A model generated the notes under the pieces. That model ran no database searches. It was not told the DNA's origin and saw nothing but the letters and a program-made list of their open reading frames with translations. Made by a program: the position numbers and the translations under genes. DNA of 64,000 nt from Eledone cirrhosa (taxonomy: Eukaryota): NCBI GenBank assembly GCA_964016885.1, contig OZ024766.1:16120001-16184000 (forward strand), given 5' to 3'. This document shows positions 40,301 through 53,645 of this stretch, in pieces. Each line of letters begins with the position of its first letter. The first letter of the stretch is position 1.

Positions 40301-41379
40301 CTAGTCTTTTTTTCCAATGCCAGTTGTCATACAGGTATCCATGGCTATCTTATTTAACTGGCTACTCCAGTAATTGCTCCTTGTAGTCCCTTCTTCCAAT
40401 GTCAGTTGTCATACAGGTGTCCATGGCTGTCTTAGTTAACTGGCCACTCCAGTGACTGCTCCTTCTAGTCTCTTCTTCCAATGTCAGTTGTCATACAGGT
40501 GTCCATGGCTGTCTTATTTAACTGGCTACTCCAGTGACTGCCCCTTCTAGTCTCTTCTTCCAATGTCAGTTGTCATACAGGTGTCCATGGCTGTCTTATT
40601 TAACTGGCTACTCCAGTGACTGCTCCTTGTAGTCCCTTCTTCCAATGTCAGTTGTCATACAGGTGTCCATGGCTGTCTTATTTAACTGGCTACTCCAGTG
40701 TCTGCTCCTTCTAGTCCCTTCTTCCAATGTCAGTTGTCATACAGGTGTCCATGGCTGTCTTATTTAACTGGCTACTGCAGTGACTGCTCTTTCTAGTCTC
40801 TTCTTCCAATGTCAGTTGTCATACAGGAGTCCATGGCTGTCTTATTTAACTGGCTACTCCAGTGACTGCTCCTTGTAGTCCCTTCTTCCAATGTCAGTTG
40901 TCATACAGGTGTCCATGGCTGTCTTATTTAACTGGCTACTCCAGTGACTGCTCCTTCTAGTCCCTTCTTCCAATGTTAGTTGTCATACAGGTGTCCATGG
41001 CTGTCTTATTTAACTGGCTACTCCAGTGATTTCCCCTTCTAGTCTCTTCTTCCAATGTCAGTTGTCATACAGGTGTCCATGGCTGTCTTATTTAACTAGC
41101 TACTCCAGTGATTTCCCCTTCTAGTCTCTTCTTCCGATGTCAGTTGTCATACAGGTGTCCATGGCTTTCTTATTTAACTGGCTACTCCAGTGACTGCTCC
41201 TTCTAGTCCCTTCTTCCAATGTTAGTTGTCATACAGGTGTCCATGGCTGTCTTATTTAACTGGCTACTCCAGTGACTGCTCCTTCTAATCCCTTCTTCCA
41301 ATGTCAGTTGTCATACAGGTGTCCATGGCTGTCTTATTTAACTGGCTACTCCAGTGACTGCTCCTTCTAGTCCCTTCTT
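37317..41379. repeat. 82-bp satellite, ~50 copies, truncated
   Basis: Ends at an identical junction. Confidence 0.97.
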
Positions 41380-42481
41380 GTGAAATACTGGGGTGGTTAA
41401 TTGCTCTTCTTTGTCATTGTCTGTTTGTCTACTCTTCTCTTTCTCTGTATATATATATATATATATATCCAAAATTAAGATAAATAAAATTATTCTATAT
41501 CAAATTATGGGTCTCATGCCAGAAAGACATGTGCCATATCACCCGTAAAATAAGCTCCATGGAGCTTATTTTATGAGCGATATGGCGCCTGTCTTATTGG
41601 TATGACACCCATGATTCGATTCAGATTAATTTCATTTTAATTTATCTTAATTTTGGATATATATATATATATAAATAGGGCCTCTTAATTGTAGAGCTAA
41701 CTCTGTTGAAAGAACCTGACTGCTGTTTCTAGTAGTCAATAACCCTATTCACGCCACTGGGACAAAGCTGGTATGATGTGTGTATTTTTAGTAGATACAG
41801 CACGTGTTACTGGTCAGTCGCTGATTTGAACTTGATGCGTAAACACAGATGGTTGGACTTCTTCCTTGTTGAGAATCCAAGATCTGGCTACTGTCGTTTA
41901 CCAATCGATTAATTGGTGAAATATATTTCTTTAATGGAATATATACAAGGAAGATTAATCATTTTCTAAGGTATCTATTTTTGAAGTTCTAGTTAAATTT
42001 ATTTAGTTACCTAGCTATGTGTGCTTACACACTTTTACAAATTATCCTCTGTGATTGTTTCATATGTTTATTTATATGTCAATCAATTTCTAGTTGATAT
42101 ATATATATAAATGTATATATATATACGTGGAAAAGTAAAATATAGCAGAACAGACCGTTAAAAGATGTTTATTTAAAATAGCACCTATGTAATGAAGACA
42201 TGACAAATTGTCCTCGCGCTCTCTCTATATTTAGAGAAAAGGTGAAGTTGGAAATAGCACGGAAAATATATCTGAGGGTCTGTTTTTCTGTTATTTATCT
42301 TTTGATTCGTCAAAGTGACATTATTGAAAGTATGGGAGGGACATCATCACCCATCATCATTTCATTTCACGTCCGCTTTTTCCCTGCTTGCAAGGGTGGG
42401 ACGGGAACTGATTGTGGCTTGATTTCTACAGATGAATGCCCTTCCTAACACCAACCTCATTTACAGAGAGTGCTGGGTACT

Positions 42482-45433
42482 GTCATGTTGAATGTTTTTC
42501 ATGATGTTGTGGTAGGCATATTTCTGGTCATCCACCAGTCAAGGTTTATTTTCATCCACAAACTTACGCAACACTTCAATATCATGGTTTGTCTCCTGAA
42601 AAACTGATTGTATTACCTCAATTTCTTCTGGCTCTGGCATCCTGCATTGCTGGAATTCAATGGGACAGGTTGCACAGAGCTTGATTGTAAATCTTGGAGG
42701 TAGATTCCACATAAATATTGCTATAACGTCTTTGGGCTAGGTGTAGATAGTCGTCTGACATATAGTTTTTGTGCTCCTACCAGGGAAGATGAGATTTATT
42801 CCACATGCTGTGAGTATAGTAGCAAACAACTGTCTTAGTTAACTGGCTGCTCCAGTGACTGCTCCTTCTAGTCCCTTCTTCCAATGTCAGTTGTCATACA
42901 GGAGTCCATGGCTGTCTAATTGAACTGGCTACTCCAATGACTGCTCCTTTTAGTCCCTTCTTCCAATGTCAGTTGTCATACAGGAGTCAATGGCTGTTAT
43001 TTAACTGGCTACTCCAGTGACTGCTCCTTCTAGTCCCTTCTTCCAATGTCAGTTGTCATACAGGTGTCCATGGCTGTCTTATTTAACTGGCTACTCCAGT
43101 GACTGCTCCCTCTAGTCCCTTTTTCCAATGTCAGTTGACATACAGGTGTCCATGGCTGTCTTATTTAACTGGCCACTCCAGTGACTGCTCCTTCTAGTCC
43201 CTTCTTCCAATGTCAGTTGTCATACAGGTGTCCATGGTTGTTTTATTTAACTGGTTACTCCAGTGATTTCCCCTTCTAGTCTCTTCTTCCAATGTCAGTT
43301 ATCATACAGGTGTCCATGGCTGTCTTATTTAACTGGCTACTCCAGTGACTGCTCCTTCCAGTCTCTTCTTCCAATGTCAGTTGTCATAGAGGAGTCCATG
43401 GTTGTTTTATTTAACTGGTTACTCCAGTGATTTCCCCTTCTAATCTCTTCTTCCAGTGTCAGTTGTCATACAGGAGTCCATGGCTGTCTTATTTAACTGG
43501 CTACTCCAGTGACTGCTCCTTCTAGTCTCTTTTTCCAATGTCAGTTGTCATACAGGTATCCATGGCTATCTTATTTAACTGGCTACTCCAGTGATTGCTC
43601 CTTGTAGTCCCTTCTTCCAATGTCAGTTGTCATACAGGTGTCCATGGCTGTCTTAGTTAACTGGCCACTCCAGTGACTGCTCCTTCTAGTCTCTTCTTCC
43701 AATGTCAGTTGTCATACAGGTGTCCATGGCTGTCTTATTTAACTGGCTACTCCAGTGACTGCCCCTTCTAGTCTCTTCTTCCAATGTCAGTTGTCATACA
43801 GGTGTCCATGGCTGTCTTATTTAACTGGCTACTCCAGTAACTGCTCCTTGTAGTCCCTTCTTCCAATGTCAGTTGTCATACAGGTGTCCATGGCTGTCTT
43901 ATTTAACTGGCTACTCCAGTGTCTGCTCCTTCTAGTCCCTTCTTCCAATGTCAGTTGTCATACAGGTGTCCATGGCTGTCTTATTTAACTGGCTACTGCA
44001 GTGACTGCTCTTTCTAGTCTCTTCTTCCAATGTCAGTTGTCATACAGGAGTCCATGGCTGTCTTATTTAACTGGCTACTCCAGTGACTGCTCCTTGTAGT
44101 CCCTTCTTCCAATGTCAGTTGTCATACAGGTGTCCATGGCTGTCTTATTTAACTGGCTACTCCAGTGACTGCTCCCTCTAGTCCCTTCTTCCAATGTCAG
44201 TTGTCATACAGAAGTCCATGGCTGTCTTATTTAACTGGCTACTCCAGTGACTGCTCCTTCTAGTCCCTTCTTCCAATGTCAGTTGTCATACAGGAGTCCA
44301 TGGCTGTCTTATTTAACTGGCTACTCCAGTGACTGCTCCTTCTAGTCCCTTCTTCCAATGTCAGTTGTCATACAGGAGTCCATGGCTGTCTTATTTAACT
44401 GGCTGCTCCAGTGACTGCTCCTTCTAGTCCCTTCTTCCAATGTCAGTTGTCATACAGGAGTCCATGGCTATCTTATTTAACTGGCTACTCCAGTGACTGC
44501 TCCTTCTAGTCCCTTCTTCCAATGTCAGTTGTCATACAGGAGTCCATGGCTGTCTTATTTAACTGGCTACTCCAGTGACTGCTCCTTCTAGTCCCTTCTT
44601 CCAATATCAGTTGTCATATAGGTGTCCATGGCTGTTATTTAACTGGCTACTCCAGTGACTGCTCCTTCTAGTCCCTTCTTCCAATGCTAGTTGTCATACA
44701 GGTGTCCATGACTGTCTTATTTAACTGGCTACTCCAGTGACTGCTCCTTCTAGTCCCTTATTCCAATCTCAGTTGTCATACAGGAGTACATGGCTGTCTT
44801 ATTTAACTGGCTATTCCAGTGACTGCTCCTTCTAGTCCCTTCTTCCAATGTCAGTTGTCATACAGGTGTCCATGGCTGTCTTATTTAACTGGCTACTCTA
44901 GTGACTGCTCCTTCTAGCCCCTTTTTCCAATGTCAGTTGTCATACAGGTGTCCATGGCTGTCTTATTTAACTGGCTACTCCAGTGACTGCCCCTTCTTGT
45001 CTCTTCTTCCAATGTCAATTGCCATGCAGGAGTTGATGTTCTTTAAATGCTTCTTGATATGTGCTGCACTCTTCCACCAAATCACCTGAGATCCCCAAAT
45101 GACGTTGGTCCTTGAACAATATGCAGAAGTGGCTGTAAGTAAAAACTCTCTCTGTTGTTGGGGTGGTCATTGTAAACATGCCCAATAGCATCACTTTCCT
45201 TGACTTCATCCCCTTCCACTAAATGACCCTGCTTCCTTTGATTCCAAGTCTTACAATTGGTCCAGGTGTAGTATTTTGGGATGTCAGCATATAGGAGGGA
45301 TCGAACAAATTCTTTATTCTGGCAGAGTTTCAAAAAAGCAGTTAGAGTAGTGTCAGGTGGTGCTGGTGTCAACTGATGAGCAGTGGTTTCAGTGAAGTAC
45401 ACACTCTGTCTATTTTCTATATGTATAGAGATA
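42482..45433 (-). mobile_element. Helitron RepHel remnant, unit 4
   Basis: ORF 45082-45447 plus the left part. Confidence 0.85.
42830..45021. repeat. 82-bp satellite, ~27 copies
   Basis: Same monomer; resumes into Helitron sequence. Confidence 0.97.
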
Positions 45434-48400
45434 AGGATGAAAAGCAAAGTTAATCCCTCAGAGGTTAGCTTTGCCTTTCATCCCTACGGGGTCGATAAAA
45501 TAAGGTACCAGTAATGTACTGGGGTATTTCCTAGCCTTGTGCCTAAATTAGAAACAATTATTACGGGGTCGATAAAATAAAGTACCAGTAATGTACTGGG
45601 GTATTTCCTAACCTTGTGCCTAAATTAGAAACAATTATTACGGGGTCGATAAAATAAAGTACCAGTAATTCACTGGCGTATTTACTGGCCTTGTGCCTAA
45701 AGTAGAAACAATTATTACGGGGTCGATACAATAAAGTACCAGTAATACACTAGGGTAATTGCTGGCCTTGTGCCAAAAGTAGAAACAATTATCACATTTC
45801 TTTTTAATAAATCACATCACTATAGAATTAAATACGACTGGAAATGTGTGTGAAGGTACTAAATTGTGTCAGGGACTTTTCACGTTTGACACCGTACGAG
45901 AGTCGAAACATTCGCTAAGACACCGAGTACCTGCTGTCTTCGTTATAACTTTAATTAATCTAATTATATCTTGTGTAACAATTATATATATAAACACACA
46001 CACAATTTTAATTCCCCGACATCAGTCTTACACTGTCATATCTATTCTTACTTTACAATTGTGTCTACTAAGTGTTCCATTACAATCTGTAGTAGTAAAA
46101 CTACTATTTCACCAGAACATCTGCTCTCAGTCATTTATAGACAATATATATATTTTAGACCACATATCAACCTAATATATATATATTTCCTATCAAATCT
46201 GTAGCTAAAGACATAAAGTCAGCCTCACTACTTCATTCTGACAAGATATCAATTTATGACTAAAGATGAAGAAGATACACCAACGTTAATGTCGTGAAAT
46301 AAAGCTGATAACATTGAAACTTCTAATTTGATAACAAAGAGATTATTTCTTTGGTTGTTTAGTAACAACTCACAACACAATACATTGATTATATGTGAAG
46401 GAGGTAAGTTGACAAAGATTTACTTAATGTCTAGATTAATGTGTGTAAATAATATAATTATTTGAACCTTACAACGATCCAGTAATTAACCAGATTCCAC
46501 TGTTACATGTGATATAAAATATATTGTTATCATGACTGTCTTTATTATTTAAATTACCTCCATCTATTTAATTATCTTGTTCACTCCCTTACATTATAAA
46601 ATATAGTTTATATTTAGCTGTACCTTGTTATTGCTTTAAGTAAATTAAAGATATATTTATTATTTAAATTACCTCCGTCTATTTAATTATGTGGTTCACT
46701 ACCGTACATTATAAAATATAGTTTATATTTAGCTGTACCTTGTTGTTGCTTTAAGTAAATTAATATTTTGTCTATTTTAGTCTAAATCTCTTACAATTTA
46801 ATTAACTTCATCTACTTATGGTTGAACATTACTTTATTGTGGGTTTCATTTCATTATAATTATGTCTGAGTTAGCCAGCCAAGTAGGGGTTGAGTATCTG
46901 TATTTCAGGGAACTGCTTTGATGGTGAAGGGACATCTGTTGGTGTGGGATCTCGGTGGCTGTACATAATAAGGTTCTAATACTCTAAAGAGCTAGCTGAA
47001 TAACCGTCTGATACATGTCTTGTATAGAGGATCATAAAGCCATGTATAGAAGAGCAGTCAGCAATGTCAGGATTAACATTCATTATAGTGAAGTGGCAGT
47101 ATCGGTAGAGAGTCGGACACCATGCTTTGAGGCACAGAGTTACGTCCCTTTATGATCTGAGTTCAAATCCCGCCGAGGTTAACTTTGCCTTACATCCATA
47201 CGGGGTTGATAAAATAAAGTACCAGTAATGTACTGGATAATTGCTGGCCTTGTGTTTAAAATAGAAACAATTATAGTGAATAATTTGGAGTGTAGTGTGG
47301 TGTCCACCAGGGCTCTGTTGTTAGCCCTCACTTAGTTATTATCGTCCTGCAGCCTATAACAGAGATGTTTAAGACTGGCTGCCCATGGTAACTCTTGTAT
47401 GCACAGCAGGACCTGAAGAATGCGGTCATGTGCATTTTCAAGGTCTATAAAACGATAATATATACCTCTTAGCAATACTCCCACGATTTCTCAAAGACGT
47501 GCCACAGTGTGAATATTTGGTGGGTTATGTTGCACCCAGGGAGAAAACAGCACTGTCCATCAGCTAGCTTGGACTCGCTACATCACTTTGCATATACTTT
47601 ACCAGGGAGTCTTAACAAGGTGATCCCTCTCTATTTGGAACAATCTCTCGTGTGTCCCTTTTTATAAATTGGGATTATCACTCCCGATTGCCTTTGCTTG
47701 AGTGCCATTTCAGAGACCCAGGCCATCTGACACACATGAGTCGGTCACATTTGAGCTCTTTAATTGCTCTTCTGACCTCAGCCTCCGAGAGATTAGTCAC
47801 CGCTATCAGATTCACCTCATGTACATCCGAAGATGCTGTTGTGATCGGGTTTGGGAGATCAGCAAAGTATTCTCTCCACCTCATGAGGATCCATCTCTCT
47901 GAAGAGAAAAGAACCCCAGATACACTCATGGTTGCAGGTGTGGAGAAAGATTTCTTGTAACTAATTAAAAACTAAAATAATTTGATTTTTCAATAAAAAG
48001 TTTCCAGGGTTTATAGATGTAAAATTTCCACTGTTAAATCTATCTCTGCTTCTTAAGTATTCTCTATTATTTCATACTGTTTCTTTTTCATTTCAGAATA
48101 TCAGATGACATTAGGATAAATTATTATCTTCAATCTTGGATACATCACCTCTATTTATCATCATTTGAAGATTAAAACTTTTTAAACAGAACTTATATAA
48201 CACTGTTTATATAAATCTATCAGAATTACTGTGATATATTTCCTCAGAACTGAGTTTAAAGACAAAATTCCTTTTCTTCACTGTGTGGTATATATATATG
48301 AGAGATATATTTTGTATTTTAACTCAGCTTCAATGACAAAGAAGTTTGCATCATCTTCAGGTATTAACTGAGATCATAATTGAGGGAAATATAACAGAAG

Positions 48401-48520
48401 AAATATTTTTTAGGAATATAATATAAAAAATATTAAAGAATAACATCTGTAAATTCTGCCACGGGTAGAAGAATTATTCTGGAAAATAAATTGAGTGAAA
48501 AGAAGATTAAATGTGAAACA

Positions 48521-50344
48521 ATGTCTAAAGATATGGCTATTACAGAAGAGATGTCAAAGGATAGAGGAGAGAAGCCATATCACTGTGATGTTTGTGGTAA
48601 ATCATTCTCTGAAAGTAGTAAATTAACTAGTCACAAACGTATACATACAGTAGAGAAGCCATATCACTGTGATATCTGTGGTAAATCATTCTTTGTTAAT
48701 GGTAATTTAACAAGCCACAAACGTACACATACAGTAGAGAAACCATATCACTGTGATGTCTGTGGTAAATCATTCTTTGTTAATAGTAAATTAACTAGCC
48801 ACATGCGTATACATACAGGTGAGAAGCCATATCACTGTGATATCTGTGGTGAATCATTCTCTCAAAGTAGTACCTTAACTAGCCACAAACGTACACATAC
48901 AGGAGAGAAGCCATATCACTGTGATATCTGTGGTAAATCATTCTCTGAAAGTGGTAACTTAACTAGCCACAAACGTACACATGCAGGAGAGAAGCCATAT
49001 CACTGTGATATCTGTGGTAAATCATTCTTTGTTAATGGTAATTTAAATAGCCACATGCGTATACATACAGGTGAGAAGCCATATCACTGTGATATCTGTG
49101 GTAAATCATTCTCTCGAAGTAGTATATTAACTAGCCACATGCGTATACATAGAGGTGAGAAACCATATCACTGTGATATCTGTGGTAAATCATTCTCTGA
49201 AAGTGGTCACTTAACTAGCCACAAACGTATACATACAAGAGAGAAGCCATATCACTGTGATATCTGTGGTAAATCATATTCTCACAGTAATGCCTTAACT
49301 AGACACAAACGTATACATACAGGAGAGAAGCCATATCACTGTGATATCTGTGGTAAATCATTCTCTGAAAGTGGTAACTTAACTAGCCACAAACGTATAC
49401 ATACAGGAGAGATGCCATATCACTGTGATATCTGTTGTAAATCATATTCTCAGAGTAATGCCTTAACAAGCCACAAACGTATACATACAGGAGACAAGCC
49501 ATATCACTGTGATATCTGTGGTCAATCATTCTCTCGAAGTGGTACCTTAACTAGCCACAAACGTATACATACAGGAGAGAAGCCATACCACTGTGATATC
49601 TGTGGTAAATCATTCTATGATAGTAGTACCTTAACTAGCCACAAACGTATACATACAGGAGAGAAGCCATATCACTGTGATATCTGTGGTAAATCATTCT
49701 TTGAAAATAGTAAATTAACTATACACAAACGTACACATACGGGAGAGAAGCCATATCACTGTGATATCTGTGGTAAATCATTCTCTCAAAGTCCTGCCTT
49801 AACTAGCCACAAACGTATCCATACAGGAGACAAGCCATATCGCTGTGATATCTGTGGTAAATCATTCTCTCGAAGAAGTTACTTAACTGAGCACTTACGT
49901 ATCCAGACAGGAGACGAGCCATATCACTGTGATATCTGTGGTAAATCATTCTCTCAAAGTTCTGGCTTAACTAGGCACAAACGTATACATACAGGAGAGA
50001 AGCCATATCACTGTGATATCTGTGGTAAATCATTCTTTGAAAATAGTAAATTAACTAGTCACAAACGTACACATACGGGAGAGAAGCCATATCACTGTGA
50101 TATCTGTGGTAAATCATTCTCTGAAAGTAGTACCTTAACTAGCCACAAACGTATCCATACAGGAGAGAAGCCATATCGCTGTGATATCTGTGGTAAATCA
50201 TTCTCTCAAAGTAGTAACTTAACTAGCCACAAACTTATACATACAGGAGACAAGCCATACCACTGTGATATTTGTGGTAAATCATTCTGTCAATTAAGTA
50301 GTTTAACTAAACACAAATATACCCATACAGGTAAGAAACCATAA
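48521..50344 (+). CDS. Poly-C2H2 zinc-finger protein, gene 4 (21 fingers). The paralogous start ATG is CTG at 48479; first in-frame ATG is 48521.
   Basis: gaattattCTGgaaaat versus gaattattATGgaaaat in the paralogs; ORF open through 21 repeats; finger 16 has His->Gln (HLRIQ). Confidence 0.88.
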   Translation: MSKDMAITEEMSKDRGEKPYHCDVCGKSFSESSKLTSHKRIHTVEKPYHCDICGKSFFVNGNLTSHKRTHTVEKPYHCDVCGKSFFVNSKLTSHMRIHTGEKPYHCDICGESFSQSSTLTSHKRTHTGEKPYHCDICGKSFSESGNLTSHKRTHAGEKPYHCDICGKSFFVNGNLNSHMRIHTGEKPYHCDICGKSFSRSSILTSHMRIHRGEKPYHCDICGKSFSESGHLTSHKRIHTREKPYHCDICGKSYSHSNALTRHKRIHTGEKPYHCDICGKSFSESGNLTSHKRIHTGEMPYHCDICCKSYSQSNALTSHKRIHTGDKPYHCDICGQSFSRSGTLTSHKRIHTGEKPYHCDICGKSFYDSSTLTSHKRIHTGEKPYHCDICGKSFFENSKLTIHKRTHTGEKPYHCDICGKSFSQSPALTSHKRIHTGDKPYRCDICGKSFSRRSYLTEHLRIQTGDEPYHCDICGKSFSQSSGLTRHKRIHTGEKPYHCDICGKSFFENSKLTSHKRTHTGEKPYHCDICGKSFSESSTLTSHKRIHTGEKPYRCDICGKSFSQSSNLTSHKLIHTGDKPYHCDICGKSFCQLSSLTKHKYTHTGKKP

Positions 50345-52397
50345 CAAAGTCATATCTCATTGTCTCAAAATTGTAAATTAATTAGACACAAATACATTCA
50401 TATGAGTGAGAAGCCATACCACTGTGATATTGTGGAGAAATTATTCTCTTGTATTGCTACATTAACTACATACAAACATAAATATATACTGGAGAAAAGC
50501 CATATTACAGTGATATCTGTGGAAATTGTTATCTATAAAAGCTAGCTTAACTAGACACAAACATATATATACAGGAGAGAAACTATATCACTGTGATATC
50601 TGTGGGAAATCATTCTCTGAAATAAGTCACTTCACTCAGCACTAACATTTACAGAAAAGGAACCATATCATTGTGATATCTGCAGTAAATCATTCTCTAA
50701 ATGTGGCTTCACTAGACACTAACATATACAGGAGAGGAACTATATCACTGTGATGTCTGTGGTAAATCCTTCTCTAAATGTTGAGAATTCCCTACACACT
50801 AACATATACAGGAGAGGAACCATATCACTGTGTTGTCTATGGTAAATCATTTTCTAAATGTTGTGGTACCAACATAAGGTTACTTAATGTAACAGAAACA
50901 CAATCAGACAAGATAAAAACCATATCACTCACCCAAAATAGTGCCACCAATGTTGTTAATGTTTTGAATAAAACTTGTTTGTTCTGAAATTATTCTCCTC
51001 TCATTTTATTAGTAGAAGTTGTAACCAAGACTTATGCTGACAAATCTGTATGGTACAGAATTTACAAACACTGTATATATATATATATGTGCCAAAACAT
51101 CTATGATCTCGGTTTACAGCTGATGAAGGGTTTATTTTCTCCTTTCATCCATATTACCATCTCAAACTTTGTTTACAGTAACCACACAGCTCCTTTCGTT
51201 TCTTAGAATTTTATATATATATATATAACAAAGGAGGTGTGGTAAAGAACCAGATGGACCATATACACACCAGAGTACTCAATACTTACGGTAGTAGAGC
51301 GGGTAATAGGAAAATGTTTAACCCCGACGGCAGAGCTCAAACCGTTTCGACGGCTATTTCTGGAAACAGTCCAGACATAACCGTCGAAATGGCTTGAGCT
51401 CTGCCGTCAGGGTTAAAGGTTTTCCTATATATATATATGTAAGAGTGTATATTTCAGTGTGTAGAAATTTCTGTCCATGAAAATGATTATCTTTATTTGT
51501 GTATATGTGTATATGTATATGTATGTTTATATGTGTTCTTATATACATGTGTGCACATCTTGAAATATTTTCAGTGTCTGTTCGAGTTCTCAGAGTACAA
51601 ATCCCACTGAGGTAAAGTTGCTTCGATATTTTGAGGTCAATAAATGAAATACCAGTGAAATACTGGGGTGGTTAATTCCTCTTCTTTGTCATTGTCTGTT
51701 GTCTACTCTTGTCTTTCTCTGTATTTATATATATATATCCAAAATTAAGATAAATTAAAATAAAATTAATGTAAATCAAATTATGGGTGTCATGCCAGAA
51801 AGACAGGCGCCATATCACTCGTAAAATAAGCTCCATGGAGCTTATTTTATGGGTGATATGGTGCATGTCTTTCTGGCATGACACCCATAATTTGATATAG
51901 AATAATTTTATTTTAATTTATCTTAATTTTGGATACATATATATATATAAGTACGGCCCCTTAATTGTAGACCTAACTCTGTTGAAAGGACCTGACTGCT
52001 GTTTCTAGTTGTCAATAACTCTATTCACGCCACTGGGACAAAGCTGGTATGATGTGTGTATTTTTAGTAGATACAGCACGTGTTACTGGTCAGTCGCTGA
52101 TTTGAACTTGATGCGTAAACACAGATGGTTGGACTTCTTCCTGGTTGAGAATCCAAGATCTGGCTACTGTCGTTTACCAATCGATTAATTGGTGAAATAT
52201 ATTTCTTTAATGGAATATATACAAGGAAGATTTATCATTTTCTAAGGTATCTATTTTTGAAGTTCTAGTTAAACTTTATTTAGTTACCTACCTAGCAATG
52301 TGTGCTTACACACTTTTACAAATTATCCCCTGTGATTGTTTCATATGTTTATTTATATTTCAATCAATTTCTAGTTGATATATATATATATATATAT

Positions 52398-52683
52398 CAG
52401 TTCAATTCTCAGACCGGGTGATGTGTTGTTTCCTTGAGCAAGACACTTTATTTCACATTGCTCCAGTTTACTCAGCTGTAGAAATGAAATGATAGGGACT
52501 GGGGTCCCTATCATTCCACTTTAAAGTGGTAGTGGAGGTGCCACGGCAAAAAAGCACCCAGCACTCACTGTAAATGAGGTTGGTGTTAGGAAGGGCATCC
52601 AGCTGTAGTATTCAAGCCAGAATCAGTTCCCGTCTCACCCTTGCAAGCAGGGAAAAATGGACGTAAAATGAAATGATGATGAT
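52398..52683 (+). mobile_element. Unit-5-specific SINE-like insertion within (TA)n
   Basis: gttcaattc B-box-like start, ccttgagcaagacactt core and (GAT)n tail; absent from the other units. Confidence 0.7.
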
Positions 52684-52766
52684 ATATATATATATATACA
52701 CGTGGAAAAGTAAAATATAGCAGAACAGACCGTTAAAAGATGTTTATTTAAAATAGCAACTATGTA

Positions 52767-53352
52767 CATTTCACCTGGATGGGCTTCTCAAGGGTATAAA
52801 TAACTAAAAAGTGTTCCTTACATGGCCCAGAATGTGTTTTTAGAGATAAGTTCACGTCAGAGTTCATTCTACGCGAAAAAGCGTGTTTTGATTTTGCAGT
52901 AGGTCAAGGGAGGTAACTCTAGCTGGTGTGAGGCCAGTCTTTCCCGGAAAATTTTTTTATCTGTTAAAAGATATGGTTACAACCCTACCATTGTCGATAC
53001 GCACAGGGTCAGGTATGCAACGTTTGTTTGCTGCACCTGCCCGCCTGGGTCACTTGAAGCCATGTCTGGGATACATGGTTAGTTTCATGATTTTTTTTGC
53101 AGCACCTGCTATATATATATATATGAGCGAGACACGGTCACCCGACCTAACTTGCTTCTACATACGACAAACCCGTCCAACCCATGCTAGCATGGAAGAT
53201 AGATAATAATCGATGATGATGATATCTAGGGATTGTAACATTACCACAACAGAAGTCTGACAAGCTTTTGATTCCAGAGTCAGGCTAGATCAATACAGAT
53301 CAAACCTTGAGCTGATCGATAGCAAAACGTGCTTCACTGCTCAATAAATGTA
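52767..53352. other. ~590-bp repeat-derived block present only in units 5 and 6 (63691 to window end)
   Basis: Interrupts ctatgta|atgaagacatg; atgta occurs at both edges; contains another (GAT)n SINE-like tail near 53170-53223. Confidence 0.6.
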
Positions 53353-53645
53353 ATGAAGACATGACAAATTGTCCTCTCGCTCCCTCTCTCTATATATAGA
53401 GAAAAGGTGAAGTTAGAAATAGCACGGAAAATATATTTTAAGGCCTGTTTTATGTTATATATCTTTTGATTCGTTAAAGTGACCCTATTGAAAAAATGGG
53501 AGAGACATCATCATTCATCATCATTTCATTTAACGTCCACATTTTCCCTGCTTGCAAGGGTGGTACGGGAACTGATTGTGGCTTGATTTCTAAAGATGGA
53601 TGCCCTTCCTAACGCCAACCTCATTTACAGTGAGTGCTGGGTGCT

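Larger units (their letters stand above)
35867..41379 (+). repeat. 5513-bp gene-less tandem duplicate (palindrome A + SINE tail + Helitron 3' part + satellite)
   Basis: Non-satellite part is near-identical to 41380 onward (ORFs 36687 and 42200 encode identical peptides). Confidence 0.93.

Noticed and set aside
50342-50545. Stop-codon read-through or editing into the in-frame downstream fingers
   Set aside because: The downstream repeats lack zinc ligands and soon frameshift, so no functional finger would be gained.
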